Positions 34,701 through 48,509 of a stretch of DNA of 60,000 nucleotides are shown in pieces. Both the position numbers and the translations under genes were made by a program. The DNA is from Camelus dromedarius (Eukaryota): positions 42,658,001 to 42,718,000 of the forward strand of contig NC_087447.1 of assembly GCF_036321535.1 (NCBI RefSeq). Direction: 5' to 3'. The stretch's first letter is position 1. Every line of letters starts with the position of its first letter. Below the pieces are notes generated by a model. The model was given only the letters and a program-made list of their open reading frames with translations, was not told where the DNA came from and searched no databases.

Positions 34701-37700
34701 TGTAGGGAAGACTTAAAGTGCAAAAGGGTTTCAGAAAACAGAATTCTCTTCTGTGCTTCTCCCAGGAGTGGGAGCGCCAGAGGGAAAGAGGCTGAACTGA
34801 GAAAGCCAATTTCCCTTAGCACCAACTTACATTTTACGGGAAGGGATGGCAGGGATTGGATGACGCTGGCCTGCACGTAACCCCTCGGGGTCAGACCAGA
34901 AAACGGAGCCCAGGATTCAGGCTCTGGTTCTGCTTCTCATACCCCGGGCCAGGGGAATAGCAGGGACTTCTGGCGTGTGTCCAGCCCTTGCTTATCTCCC
35001 TGTGGCCACTCACCCATCCTTTCCCCAAACCCACAGGCCAGAGAAGTCAGCAATCCAACTGTGGATTAGACTCTGGACTTAAGTTTGCTATCTTTGAGTA
35101 CAACTAGGGGAGTTTAAAAAGGAAAAGAAAAACATAAGACCTACTCTCCTCAAAAACAACAACAAAGGACTCACGTTGAATCAGTTCAACAAGTAGAGTC
35201 TTTGGCTTCTCCAGAGTGACATGTGGTAAAAGACAGGCCATTTGTAGTGAGAGGCCTATAATTGTTATCTTTAGGAAAAGTATTTTGTTCAAAGAGGCCC
35301 CCTCCTCACACTTCCTTTTTTAAATTAACGAAGACATGATAGTTATCACCACCTGGGAGTATAATATGTGATTATTAAAAATCTCTTCCATATCCCTAGA
35401 TGCAGAAGAGGATATTTGATATGCTTTTCTTTAAGCCTGCCTGAGAGTCCCTTGGCCCCAGACTGCAGGTTCCACTGAAGATCCTACAGTGGCGTCAATC
35501 TTACATTTTGGACAAACTCTTATTTCATGTTCACCGCTGTAAGTTCTCCAGGGCTGGGAGTTGGTACATTTCCGTGGAGCGCTGTAGTACCGAGTCACCC
35601 AGGCATCCAACAGTACAATCCAGCAGGAGCATCTCAATCTAGGGCCTCCCATCTTGGGAGGCTGAAGGCACATACCTGATCATTCCCTATGTCCAAGCAC
35701 AGCTCCGATGACTTCCCTCTGTGATAACGAGAGACGTGGATTGCCCCTCCTTCCTCTGGCGCAGATGAGTAATACTTCTAGAAAAGTAATGTGAAAGATG
35801 TTGGGTTACCAAATAGTCTGGTCAAATTAAAAAAAAAAAAACCCGTTTTTTGGGCAAAGTCGGGTTAAGAGGCAAGAGAGCTAAGGTATATTACCTGCCC
35901 TCTTCAGAGGCCTCTTAAGTCATACAACAAATTTAACCCATGTAAAGTGGCTGCAGAGAAGGAAACCACACTTGGCATTACTTTGCTGCCATCTGCTGCC
36001 TCCGTAGGGCAAGAACTCAAGCTGGGCAGGACCATGCTCTCTGCCAGGTTAAATAATTTTCACAGCATCCTCCCCACCGATGTCAGATACACATGCCCTC
36101 TCGTCTCCACTCATGACAAGTTCTGATGAACAGGTCCATGCTTACTAAGTCTCAGACAAGGACAAGGGAAGAGAGAGATGCATCTCCTTGAAGTTTAGAA
36201 ATACAACAGGAAGTGTAACATAAACCCAACAGCTATGCAGCCCTTCTCCCCATGCAGAGGAGGGGAGGGAGAAGTTTCCAATTTAAGCAAAATAATCCAA
36301 AGGCTCAGAAAGCAGTTCTTTTCTTGTCTACTTCCTTCCTCCCCCTCGAAGTTAACCTTAGACTTGCCCTTGATTATGACTAATGGTGAGGACGTCATAA
36401 GCCTGCTTGTTTTGAACAAAGGGTAGAGACAATGTTTAAAGCAAGAGACCAAAAGAATGAGAAGCTGGGGAAAGCACGTCAGGACATGAATTTAATGATG
36501 TATTTTAGGGGCTGCTTCAAAATTCTAAAAGCAAACTCAGAGAACACTGTTCTTAATTCTATCTCTAGAAAGCCAAGGGGTTCTGAGGCTCCATTCCATA
36601 ATGGAGACTTGAACCGAAGCATGAACTGAAAACCAAAACGAAGAACACCAATTTGCTCAACCTCAAACCAAAGACAAATATTATTCCTCTTACTGAACCA
36701 TGAACCAAAGTGTTTAACTTGATCACTTTACAGCAGAATCAAAGTCATGGCTTTTTCTAAAACCATTTAACAGAATAAGAACATAAAAATACTCTCTGAA
36801 CCATATCTTGTTGCTTGGAATCCTATTCTTGGAGTCACAGGGTTTTATAAAAGATGTAGAAATATTAGAGACTCTTTGAATCTTAATATTCATCATGAAA
36901 CTGAAAAGCAGGACAGAAACAAGGTATTCCTTCTGCCGTATAGACCAGCAGCTTTACAACTACATAAAAATCATAAAATGTTAAGTCTGGAGGAGACCAG
37001 AGGGTTTGTTTTAATCTCTAGAAGACAGAGAGTACCTTCTGTGCAGGTGATTTCCTTGAATGTTGGCTGGCCTGTCTTCAACATCCCCTCAAAGTACTTA
37101 AAGATGATCTTAGTGTATGGTTTTGAGAAGAGGATCTTTCAAACCTTTGTTCACCCATTTCAGTGAACAGTACCAAAAATCTCATCACATAAGTCCCTTG
37201 TGTTACAGTTTATGACAATTTTATAGTGTTCACCTGTCAGGGGAAACCAAAGAAACAGACTCTAAGGGCTGGAAAGGACTCGAGACATCATCATTTTACT
37301 ATGGAGAAGGTTAGGCTGAGAGACTAAGTGGCCAAAGGCACCACAGCCAGCAAGTAGCAAAACATGGGTCTGATTCCTGGGAGGCTGCTCCTGCCATCAA
37401 GCCACACTACCTCTGGTGAGGGCACTGCATCTGTTCCACATACTGTCCAAAGGGACATACTTAAAAACTACATTACCAGGGACTTGAAACAGACATTAAG
37501 ATTTAATGGAGGGATTTTGTTTCAGTTTTTGCTTTGAAAACAGAGAGGCTCAGTTCCTTTAGTGCTATCCTGATTAAAACAAAACAAAAACAACTTTAGT
37601 CAGTTCAACGTTTAAAAAACTCCTAATTTTGGACTTGATTGCTCTAGAATTCAGCAAATATGCCTTCCCTCCTTCCCCAGTCTCAAAACAATAGTGAGGG

Positions 37701-38739
37701 GAGAGACCTTTTCTGGCTTGTTCATTGCTGTGTCCTCATAACACCTGGAGTGAGGCATTCAATATTTGCTGAATGAATTCTTACCTGGACTTGTCACCTG
37801 GTTTAAATCCTTGGCTGATTACAATCTGCCCATGAAGGCAGGGCAGGGTGCACAGGTAGTCTCCAGATTCTCCCTAAATTCCACGAAAAGCCATTTCGTG
37901 ATCCATCAGCAGACAGACAAGGGCACGGCTTTGGCTTACACAAACTTACCCCACACTGACTCGAAGTATAGTCCATGAATTCTGCCATTGTTCTGAAGGA
38001 AGCACTGAGGGTTGGATGTCTTTCTTCTCTCTATTTGAATAAACGGCAAGTCACAGGTGAGATCTGGTAGTCCCTACTAGAGAATGAAGTCATTTTGGCA
38101 ATAGCTTCCTTTGTACTTTTCGAAAGGCCTCTGCAAGTTTAAGTCAGTAAGAAAGATCTTACTGAGAAAGAATTCCAACTATAAAAGGAATACATAGACA
38201 TGTAGTTTTTCCAGGACAAAGGTAAAGAGGTTTATTGGCGTTCCTCTAATATCAGACGGCAGCATGTAAGAATTGTTTTAAAAAGTAACCACAGGGCCGA
38301 GCACTAGCGGTATCTAGCGGTATCCTAAAGCTACCCAGTAAGAATCTGTCAAATGTCAAGAGTTTTCAAAAGGGTTTTCGGCTCATTGTCCCGACACTTA
38401 ACAGCTTCCGCCAAGGACAGGAAATCCCTCGGGTGTTTCTGTGTGGCGTGCCCTGGTTCTCAGCAAGCCGCTGCTGAGCCAATGAATGGGCTGGTCCCCC
38501 AGCACAGGGAACCTCACCTCTCCCGGGAGAAGCCGCTGGGTGCCGGCTGCCGGCCCTCTTTCTCGGTAGGGCCGCTCCCGGGAAATGACCCCCGCGCTGC
38601 CTTTGGGAAGCTCCACCGAATGCCAGTCCACCGCCCTCCTTTTGGCCCGCTCCAGCACTTCCTGACCCAGCTTAGCCGAGCGCTGCAGGGAACGTCGGTC
38701 CAACCCGTTCAGCGCCGCGGCCGCCAAACAGTTCTCCAT
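31777..38739 (-). CDS. AKIP1: A-kinase interacting protein 1; complement(join(31777..31920,34307..34378,35676..35777,37950..38030,38518..38739)), 206 aa
   Basis: All introns are GT-AG and phase 0; total 621 nt. MENCLAAAALNGLDRRSLQRSAKLGQEVLERAKRRAVDW.../REERHPTLSASFRTMAEFMDYTSSQCG/KYYSSAPEEGG.../RKDASRG.../AENISKDLYIEVYPGTYSVTVGTNDLTKKTHVVAVDSGQSVDLVFPV*. Confidence 0.96.
32496..32975 (-). mobile_element. MER47/Tigger5-type DNA transposon remnant
   Basis: ttttgcccaactgt...taatgtaagtgttctgagcatgtttaaa...ggctaggctaagct...aggttaggt...aaatgcatttt...caacttatgat matches MER47 antisense as recalled. Confidence 0.75.
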
Positions 38740-39560
38740 GTCTCCCTGCGCAGGCACAGACACACAAACATGGGCGGGTGAGCGGGCCGCAGCGACCCAA
38801 CTCCAGCTTGGGGCTGGAGCCAGGTCCTCGACCTCCCCGGCGACCACTGTCCCCGGCGCCGCCCAACGCGCTCTCCACCGGGCGCTGGGTCGAGGGCGAC
38901 GGGGTGCGCGCGGACCCTCTCCATTTCCATCCCCCTCTCCGCTGTAGGGGGCTCTCACCTGGGCTGCCTCTCAAAGCGCATGCGCTCAGCGCACCATCGC
39001 AAAGGGAGGGCGGGGCCTGGAGCACCAAGCTCCGACGCAGCAGGCTATTGGCCGGATGGGGACGAGGGGCGGGGCGATGGGGCACGCCTCCTGCGTCCGG
39101 GCCGCGGTCCCAGCGCGCGGGTTGCCGGGCGAACTGCTGGAGCGCAGGGGGCGGGGAGGGGCCTGGAGGCACTAGGGTTGCTAGGGCTGGAGTCTAGGTC
39201 GCTTGTCCGCGCTGTCGCGGGAATCCCTGGGCCAGGACCTAGCCCTTAGAAGTCGTCTCTTCCGCTTGACGCGGTGAAGCTGGTGTAAAGTCAGGTGGTT
39301 TCCTCTTGGGCTCAGAAATTGTAGGGAATAACGTACGTGCCTCCAGGCACCTCTTAATGCCGGTTTGGGATATCGCTACACTTAAGCCGCTTATGTTTGA
39401 AAAGATGACTAGGATGGGCCAAACGGTGTGGCTGCCACGGTGGCGTTTGGAGAAGGGAGTCTGGCCAGCAGGCTGTGGGCGGTGGGACGCGAGGCCCGGT
39501 GGGACCGCCCCCAGGGCCAGAGAGGCGCCTGCATTGTAAGGTCTCTCATAATCCCCTCGG
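38480..39560. promoter_or_regulatory. CpG island; AKIP1 promoter, probably bidirectional
   Basis: CpG-rich. NRF1-type palindrome AGCGCATGCGCT at 38975-38986, CCAAT (ATTGG on +) near 39047, GC boxes near 39007 and 39066. The AKIP1 non-coding exon 1 donor CAG|gtgaga is at 38959/38958 on the minus strand. Confidence 0.85.
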
Positions 39561-40009
39561 GTGAGAAGTACAGACTCATTTATGGAGGCTTCTTCTCTGG
39601 GTAGGGGGTTCACCTTTCAAGAATAGTTGCCCCACATGTAAGGAGCTCTGCACGGTTACCTTCCACTCCACTGGTTGGTTATCTGATAGGAGATACAGGG
39701 TTTCACTGCTAATTAAAGTGAAAGCATTAAAGCATTGCTTCTCAGGAGGGATCACTTTAAGGGACGCAAACTGAGCTAGTCTCAGCAGATGGCTTGATTA
39801 GAAGTGCTGAGCTTCCAGGTGTGTATGAGGATGCTACTACAACCTCCATCTGCGCTTTTTCTTGTTTTTCCTTTTCTTTCTTTTGTTGTTTCCTGCTTTC
39901 GTCTTACAGAAAGACATTGAGATATTGTTGAGATATTTTTCATTTTTCATTGTAAGAGCTTTCTAAAACTTTCCCTTCAATAAGTGTTTATCAAGTACCT
40001 CCTTTAGAA

Positions 40010-40850
40010 CAATGTGGTTAGTGTGCAGGGTCCCAAATATGCAGTCTGGAGAGCTGAGTTTGAATTCAGACTGCCACTTTTTGCTGTGTGATTCTGGGCA
40101 AACAAATTACTTAACTTCTTTGAGCGGCACTTTTATCATCTCTGTACTTGGAAATACCAATAGTCTCAACCTCCATAGGCTGTGAGCTTCTTGAGGGCAG
40201 GGACCGTATCTGTCTTGTTTACTGAGTTTAAGGTGCATCTAGCATTTTATCTGTCACAAAAGGGGCTGAAAATAGTTATTGAATGCATGAATTGATGTGC
40301 CAGGTGCTGTCCTGGGAGTGGTGGAGAATAGAAAGTGGATCAGACTAAAGGAGACTGCAAAAGAGGGCATGATGCACATAAAATCTGTAATGCTAGGAAC
40401 AAAATATTAAGATTTTGTTTATATACTTTTGCCATAAGATTGATATGATAAAGTGCTATGAAGGTTAGAAGAGTAGATACTGTTTAGCTGAGAGATCTAG
40501 AAAGGCTTTGGAGAGAAGGAAGCATTTGAGCTACGCCATGAAGGATGGCCTAGGAATTGATAGGAGAAGAGGTAGTTAAGATACCTGTTAACTGGTCTTA
40601 TAATGAGTGTAGTCTGGGGTGAGATAGAATTTGTTCTTTCATTATTTATGGATTTCAAGATCCTGGCTCCGTAACTGTTAGCTGTGTCTGTGTAGCTATG
40701 GGCAGACTACTTAACTGTTTTATACCTCAGTTTTGTCATCTGTAAAATGTGAATAACAGTACATTCCTCATGGGGTAGTTAATACATGTAAAGTACTTTA
40801 AATAGTACTTAGCACATAGTAAATGCTCAATAAATATTAGCTAGTATTAT
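40010..40850. mobile_element. Cluster of MIR and L2 fragments
   Basis: MIR-like cores (ctgtgtgattctgggcaa...ttacttaact; cctcagttttgtcatctgtaaaatg) and an L2 end (gagcttcttgagggcagggacc...tgaatgcatgaa). Confidence 0.6.
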
Positions 40851-42484
40851 TATCCTCTTCAGGCTTCAGCCTTGTCTCCTAGTATGCCCTTATTTACCTG
40901 ATGTTACATCCACAATGCACCCCACTTGACTCTCTTCCCCAGGATTCTATTACTACCCCCCACCTCCAGTTCGATTCCAGTTAAAGCATTATCTTTTGTC
41001 AAGTCAACTTTTTGAAATTTTCCACTATTCCCAGGTACAACCTCTGTTTTCATGGCTTTCTCTCTCTATTTTTAAACTATTGTGGACTTATCCCAATCTG
41101 ATTTATATTATATGTAGTTATGGTTCACTCTCTCCTAACAGCTTATAAACTCCTTGAAGGTGGAAACTATTCCTTATTTGTCCCTATGTATTCAAGGACT
41201 GTTAAGCAGTAGGTATTCAATAGATATTTGTTGAATTTACTGATTGACTTTTTACTTTAAGTAGATTACTGTTCGGCCAGCTAAGAATTGGGTTCTTAAA
41301 AAAATCTACCTACATACACTTTGATGAATGTTATGAATATTCAATTGTAACTAATTTTCCCAGAATTGAGCACTTAGAAATATATGGGAAAGAAGTTGCT
41401 TGGAATGAAACTGAAGCCTGAAGAATGACACAAAATAAAATTTTGCATTTATTTTTGTATTTATAAATATATATATACGCATATATAATTATATATTTGT
41501 AAATATATATAGTATATAAATACGTGTATTTTTATCATTTAAAGGTTTGTACTGTAAATGTAAACCACAGATTGAGAGAATCCTTTTTCCTTTTTTTAGG
41601 GTTGGATGGGAATAATGATGGAACATGACCTGTCATCAGGGCCCTTGTGGATCAAACACAGCCCAAGCCAGGTACTTCTGAAAGCCACTGGTGGGGACTT
41701 ACAGAACAGTAAACAGAGGGAGGGCATATCATCAGGAATGCACCTGGTAATTTAATTAGTGGAGAAAGAAACTGTTGGTATAAGTCTTCCATGATTTCTG
41801 TCTTCTCAAGGGTAAATTCATTACAGAGAACACGTAGAAGTTATTTATCTAGGTTATGTTTAGGGGAATAGGTGAGTTGGAGGACATCTTTATTCCTGAG
41901 ATCTGAGGAAAGAGATTAATGCTGTATCTGGGGATTTTTTGAGGAGAAAAAAAAGTCTAGTGAAGAGCAGTGTAAACTCTTTTTCTCTATGTGGAAGGGG
42001 CAAAAAAGGGTTAAAAACCTAGGCTGCAAAAGTGGGTATCATGCCAGAGTTAAACAATGATTTATACTGTACATACCAGAGAATGTATACATCATTTTGT
42101 TTGACAGGTGGTATTTTTATTTCTTCAGCAGACTTAGGGAGCTTTAGAATCATTATAGCTTTGTAAAGTAGCATTACAGTCATTAGATCATGACTGAGCG
42201 AGCCATTAGATCATTCATTTTGCCTGATTACATCAACTCATTGGGGTATTGGGGAATGAAAGAAACTCATTATCAAAATTGTCATCTTGATTATATAGAT
42301 TAAAGGAAATGAATCAGACTTCTGTGAATTAGCTTTCACAAGCTGTTAAAAATTGGAAGTTAAAAAATTGGTTGCAGAGCAGGAATGATTAGGGAAAAAT
42401 TTTGTCATTTTAAAAACTGTCAGACTAAAAGAACAGTAATTTCAGTAATTTTGGAAGATATAAATAGTTGGAATCCATGTAGAG

Positions 42485-45400
42485 TTTTTAAAAAACAACT
42501 TTATTACAGTATAATTTACATACATATCATAAATTTCACCTTGTGTAAGTATACAATTGAATCAATTTTAGTTATTTTATGGAATTATGTATATATCACC
42601 ACAATCCAGTTTAGGAACATTTTCATGACCTGGAAAAGATCCCTAGTGCCCACCACATGCCATCAGTCTTAGCTCCCACCCTAGACCCAGGCGACCACTG
42701 TTCTTGCCACTTCTGTAAATTTACATTTTCTACCCAGTTCATGTAAATGAATCATGCAATATGTGACCTTTGTTGTCTGGCTTGTTTTGCTTAGCATAAT
42801 GCTTTTGAGGTTCATCCAAATTGTTGCATGTATCAGTAGTTCATTCTTTTTTATGGCTGAATAATATTCCACCACTATATTAATATTCTACATTTTGTTT
42901 ATATTCACCAGTTGATGGCCATTTTAATTGTTTCCAGTTTGAGGCTATTATGAATAATGTTGCTGTGAAAGATTGGGTGTGAGACTTTGTGTGGATACAG
43001 GTTTTCATTTCTCTTGGGGAGATACTTAGGAGTGAAATTTCTGGGTGGTATGATAAATTTATGCTTAACATTTTAAGAAACTACCGCACTGTTTTCCAGA
43101 ATAGCTGTACCATTTTACATTTCCACAAGCTGTGTATGAAGTTTCCAGTTTTTCTACATCCTCTCCAATGCTTTTTATTGTCTTTTTGATTATAGTCATT
43201 CTTATGGGTGTGAAGTAGTATGTCATTGTGATTTTAATTTGCATTTCCTTAATGGCTAATGATGTTGAGCATGTTTTGTTGTAGTTATTAGCTATTCCTA
43301 TTTCTTCTTTCATGAAATGTCTGTCCAAACCTTCTGCCTCATTTAAAATTTGTTTAATTTTTTAATTAAAAAAATTTTTTTTAAATTGAGTTATATGAGT
43401 TCTTATTCTGAACATGAATTCTTTATCAGATGTATGATTTCTGTTTTCTCCCAGTCTGTGTCATGGCTTTCATTTTCATAATAGTGTTTTGAAACACAAA
43501 CATCTTAAATTTTGATGAAGTCCATTTATTCATTTTTTTTCCTTTATGGATTATACTTTTGGTGTCATATCTAAATATATCTTTGTCTAACCAAGGTCAT
43601 GAATTTTTTTTTCGGATATTTTCTTCTAAAAGTTTTATATTTTAGTTTTTACATTTAGGTTCATGCCATTTTGCATTCGTTTGTGTGTGTTATGAGGGAA
43701 GGGTCTTAATTCTTCTCTTTACATGCAGATGTCCCATTATCTTAGTACCATTTGTCAAAAAGACTATCCTTTTCTCAGTAAATTGCTTTGACACTTTTGT
43801 TAAATATCAATTGACTGTAAACATAAGGGTTAATTTGGGGACTTTTAATTCTGTTCCATTGATCTATGTCCTTATGCCAGTAACATACTGTCTTGGTTAT
43901 TATAGCTTTCCAGTAAGTTTGGAAATTGGGAACCATAAGTCTGTCAACTATGTTCTTAATTTTCAAAATTGTTTTAGTATTCTAGGACATTTGTATTTCC
44001 AGAAAATTTAAATTCAGCTCATCGACTTGTGCATAATGATTATTAGAATTTTGGTAGGGATTAGACTGAATCTATAGATGAATTTGAGGAGAATTGTAAT
44101 CTTAACAACACTGAGTTTCTGAATTCATGAAAATGGAGTATCTCTATTTCAGTTTTTTTTCAGGTTTTTTCAGAAATGTTGTATAGTAAATAGTGTACTT
44201 TTGCACTTCTTTTAACAAATGTATAAATGCTTAATTTTTTTATGTCATTGGGAATGGAATTGTTTTCTTGATTTCATTTTCGGATTATGTACTAGTATAT
44301 CGAAATTAGTTAATTTTTGCATTTTGATATTGTATCCTGTGACCTTACTGAACTCATTTACTAGTACTAGTAGGTTTTTTGTGGATTCTTATGTTCATTG
44401 ACTTCTTGAGTGTGCAGGTTGTTTTTCCTCAAATTTGGGAAGTTTTTGGCCATATATTTCTTTCAATATTTTTTTGTGCCCCTTTCTCTCTCTCTCTTCC
44501 GAGATTCCCCTTACACATGTTAGAACATGTTTATTTTTCATCATTGTTTTTCCTTTTCTTTAAATGGTAATCTCAGTTGATCTATCTTCAAGGTCACTGA
44601 TTCTTTTTTCTGCTGTCTCAAATCTACTGTCAAGTCCCTTAGTGAATTTTCACTTCAGTTGTTGTGCTTGTCAACTCTGGTGTTTGTTTGTGTTATAATC
44701 TCTTTTTATTGATATTCTTTATTGAGTTGTTGTTGTCATACTTTAAAAACTTGTTTATTTTTTCAGTTCTTTGAACATATTCATAACAGCTGCCTTGAAG
44801 TCTTTTTTAAATCTAACATTTGGGCCCCCTCAGAGCAAGTTTCTGTTAAGTGTGCCCTTTTTCTGTATATGGGTCTCATTTTCCTATTTATTTGAGTATG
44901 TCTGATAATTTTTGTTGTTGTTGTTGAAAACTGAACATTTTAGGTCAGGAGCCAACAAACTTTTTCTATGAAGGACCACACAGTAAATATTTTAGGCTTT
45001 GCAAACCATGTTGTCTGTGTTGTAACCACTTACTCCACTGCAGTGATGTGAAAGCAGACATATACAATATGTAAATGAATGAACAACTTTATGTGAAAAA
45101 ACGGGCAATGGGCCATAATTGGGCTGGGGGCTGTAGTTTGCTGACCTCTATTTTAGATAATATAGCAACTCTGGATTCTGATCTGCCCTCTCCCTGGGAG
45201 TTGTCACTGCTACTGTTGTCTGTCAGCTGTTTAGTGACTTGCCTGGGCTTAGTCTGTAGAGTCTGTTTCCCCTGTGATGTGTGGCCATTGATGTCTCTCC
45301 TCAGCTTTTTTCTTTTAATTCTTGTTTTTTTTTTTTAAGCCTGACTTCCTAGGAATTGTCAGCATAGTTTAGTGGTCAGCTAATAATCGGTAGCAGGTTG

Positions 45401-46090
45401 TACCTAAATATCTTGGGCCTAGTGTGGCTTTACCCTTTGCTGGGTATCTGTGTATGAGTTAGGGAACACATTTAAAGTTCAGTCAAGCCTGCTGTGACTT
45501 TTATTTTCTGTATACGCAAGGCTTCACGTTCGGCCAGTGCATGACCCAGGACACCGGCACACCTTCCAGACCTCCAAGGATATGTGAGAGCTTACTGAGA
45601 TCTCCTATGGCTGTCTTGTTCCCTGGATCTCACTTAAATTTCTGGTTGGCTCATTGCTTGCCCCAGCCAGTACTGCAGTCTCAGCCAGCTGTGATGTTGA
45701 TTTTCTTTGATTGCTTACCACTTACTTTCTAAGATCACTTGTTTCCAGCAATACCCTGGACACCGAATCAAGCCGTTATCCTCCAGCAGCAGAGCTTGTC
45801 CAGTTCTTATAGAACCACCATACTGGAGTTCAGGGTGGAAGGTAGGGAATGGGAACAGCCTCTTGCTGCCTCAGATTCCTACTTTTCTTACAGAGGTTCA
45901 GTAGGGTTTTGTTGTTGTTGTTGTTGTTGTTCTTTTTTTTTTAAAATAATGCTTTTCAATTTGTTTTGTACCTCTGGTTAGTTTCAAAAAAAAAAATCTG
46001 AAATGATTGTTTTGACAGTTTTGTGTAGTTTTATTGTGGTTTTTTGGAGAGATGATTTGTCAGCCTCTTCACTCCATCATTCTGGAAGTG
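42485..46090 (-). mobile_element. Large composite old L1M block (3'UTR, ORF2 and upstream remnants)
   Basis: Minus-strand ORF fragments resemble L1 ORF2 (YWKAIITKTVCYWHKDIDQWNRIKSPQINP; TSLAIKEMQIKITMTYYFTPIRM; EYYSAIKKNELL) and carry many stops and frameshifts. Confidence 0.85.
44946..45150 (+). mobile_element. MER58A (hAT) nested in the L1
   Basis: caggagccaacaaactttttct...gtaaatattttaggctttgc...gctgtagtttgctgacctct; 8-bp TSD TTTTAGGT / TTTTAGAT. Confidence 0.8.
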
Positions 46091-47467
46091 TTTCAGATGT
46101 GGAGTTTTAATATCCTAAAAACTGACTCAGTATGTCTTGACAGATCCAGCAACTTAAAAAAAACTAATATATCGATCTTCCTGTTCTCTTCCCATTGTAT
46201 ATCCCTCCTAAACCTTTTAAAATAGAACTCTTGACTCTTAAAGTTTACTTTTACATACTCTTTTAGGTTGGAACTTATGTTTATTCCTTCCATCAATATT
46301 TCTTTATTTGTTCAGTGGTCATTTATTAAGCCTGTGTTCTGTATTGATGTTTGGACATATTTCCATTCCAGGAAGCTTTAATAAGCAGAGTAGGAAGCCA
46401 GATTTCTAGGGTTAGAATTATACCAGTTCTTGAGAAAACTTCAGCTTTATCTTCTGGTCTATACTAAGTTTACCTAATTATAATGATAGGTATACCCTAT
46501 TTTAAGAAAAAATAGAAATAAATTAAAAATTTTAAGAAATAATAGGGTGTTTATATCATTTAAAATATACTATTTACACTCAAATATTTGTATCTTTCAG
46601 TTTTGTGACTCTTTTTTTCCAGTCATACTCCATGCTGTTCACATTTTGTGGAGAGAGTATAAAATGTTCTACACACCAAGTTTTGTTTTATTTTGTTTTC
46701 TCTCGTGAGGACCAGTAGTAACTAAGGCAAAGATACTTTGTTTGGGATGGAAGGAGCAGATTGGGTAGATATTGGGAGTAACGGGTCGTGGCTGTGGAAT
46801 ATGGAGAAGGATCCCAGAGTGGCAGTGGCTCAGATTGTTATCTGAGGTGCCTTGACTGTAGGATGAAGCATGGCAGGTAGAGAGTTATGCCGCATTTCCC
46901 ATTACTTTTTCCCTTGGGCCAGGGGAGTTTTGCTCTGCACTGTGGACTGGGTCAGATTGTGCATAAGATGGGTGGAGCAGAGGGCACTTTCAGTGTAATA
47001 AAAGAGGAAGAGAAGATGGGTGATTGGGATTGTAGCAAAATAGAACAGGTAAGCTGCTGGAGAGTGGAGGTGCAAAAAAGCTGACTAGACTGTACACAGG
47101 CCGAGGACTTCTCTAGCCGATAGTACGTGTTCTGAGTCATCACCTTGTTCCTCATCATCCGTTTTGCAGTTTAAGAAGGTGAGGTGAGGTTGAAGGATTA
47201 TTTTGGTAAATATGATAGTTGGATTTTTGGATCCATTATCTGATACATAGTGGGAACAGAAGGAAATGTACTAGAAAATATTTCAGACAAATTGGTTTTA
47301 GGTGTGGTCCTCTGACTAACTTAATCTTTGATTTAATTTTTGTACTATCTCATGAGATGTTAGATGCTAAGTGCTAGCTTAGCATCAGTGCTAGTTCTTA
47401 TAAAATGAAATGTTAGAATGAAAATTAAGAGAATGGATGTAAAATATTTTGAAAAAGTCATCGCTGT

Positions 47468-47984
47468 TGTTACCAAGTCCAAACTCATTCTGCTCGCTGC
47501 ACGACAGGCCAGTAAATCGGGAGATGAGGTGTTAGGATAAAGAATAATGACTTTATTCAGAAGGCCGACAGACTGAGAAGATGGCAGATTAATGTCCTGG
47601 AGAACCATCTTCCCCACGTCAGAATTCAGGCTGCTTTTACACTGAAAAGGGGAGGGGTATGCTTGGTTGTTGCAAACTTCTTGGTGTAGGAGTTCTTTGT
47701 TCTTGCAGCTGTCCACGTGGGTCGGGTCATGGTGTCCATAAACCTCCAACAAAAAAAAGTTATTTTCTATTCTACAACTTGTTATCTTCATATGAATGGA
47801 AAAGTATTAATATCCTTAAAAGTTGGAGCCTTGAAAATGGGCTATCCTGTATATTTCAGGCTATAGGCAACATACTTTTATGAAAGAAACAGAACCAGCA
47901 ATACTAAGCCTAGGAAACAGAGCACAGGGTTAGAGCCAAAGGAACAGATCTAATATGGCAGCAGATTTGTTCTTTTCTATTACA
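47468..47984 (-). mobile_element. ERV solo LTR
   Basis: TGTTACC...ATTACA termini, minus-strand AATAAA near 47552, near-TSD CTGT / CTAT. Confidence 0.7.
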
Positions 47985-48509
47985 CTATATTACACTATAC
48001 AAATGCAAGAAAATCTCATCATTTCGTGATGCTAAAATATGAAGAGCTAAAATATTAAGGAAAATTTCTTGTGAATAAAGCTTCACCAAAAATTATGATG
48101 AAAATTAATGGAAAGATAAGATTTAATTTACCACAAAATTTCAACAAGCATGTATTGAGTATATGCTTGCTGAGCAGTGAGGTTCATGTGTGTTGAAAGT
48201 GAAGGACAGATCACTGAATTGTTAGACTGTATGGATACTATCAGTTAAAAATCCTCTGCCCTTTTCTGCTTATTGTGTTTGTGAAGCTAGTTAGACTCAG
48301 ACCATTTGCTTTGTAAGAAGTCAAAGGAGAAGACTTCTCCAGAAAAAAATGTTAGTCTGTTTATCTAGGCCCTCCAAAAGCATTTCCTGCCAGGCAGTTG
48401 ACATGTAGCCTTGGCACAATTTCAGGAAACTATTTGCTTCTGTTTACTCTTTCCAGATACAGCATCTCCTAGGAATTAAGATGAGGAATCTCCTTTAACT
48501 CTTTAAAAA

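Noticed and set aside
35984..36000. CTCF-like motif (GCAGCAGATGGCAGCA on the minus strand)
   Set aside because: Single motif match with no other support; too frequent by chance to call.
42681..43966. ORFs resembling a reverse-transcriptase protein
   Set aside because: Fragmented, frameshifted ancient L1 ORF2; neither a host gene nor an active element.
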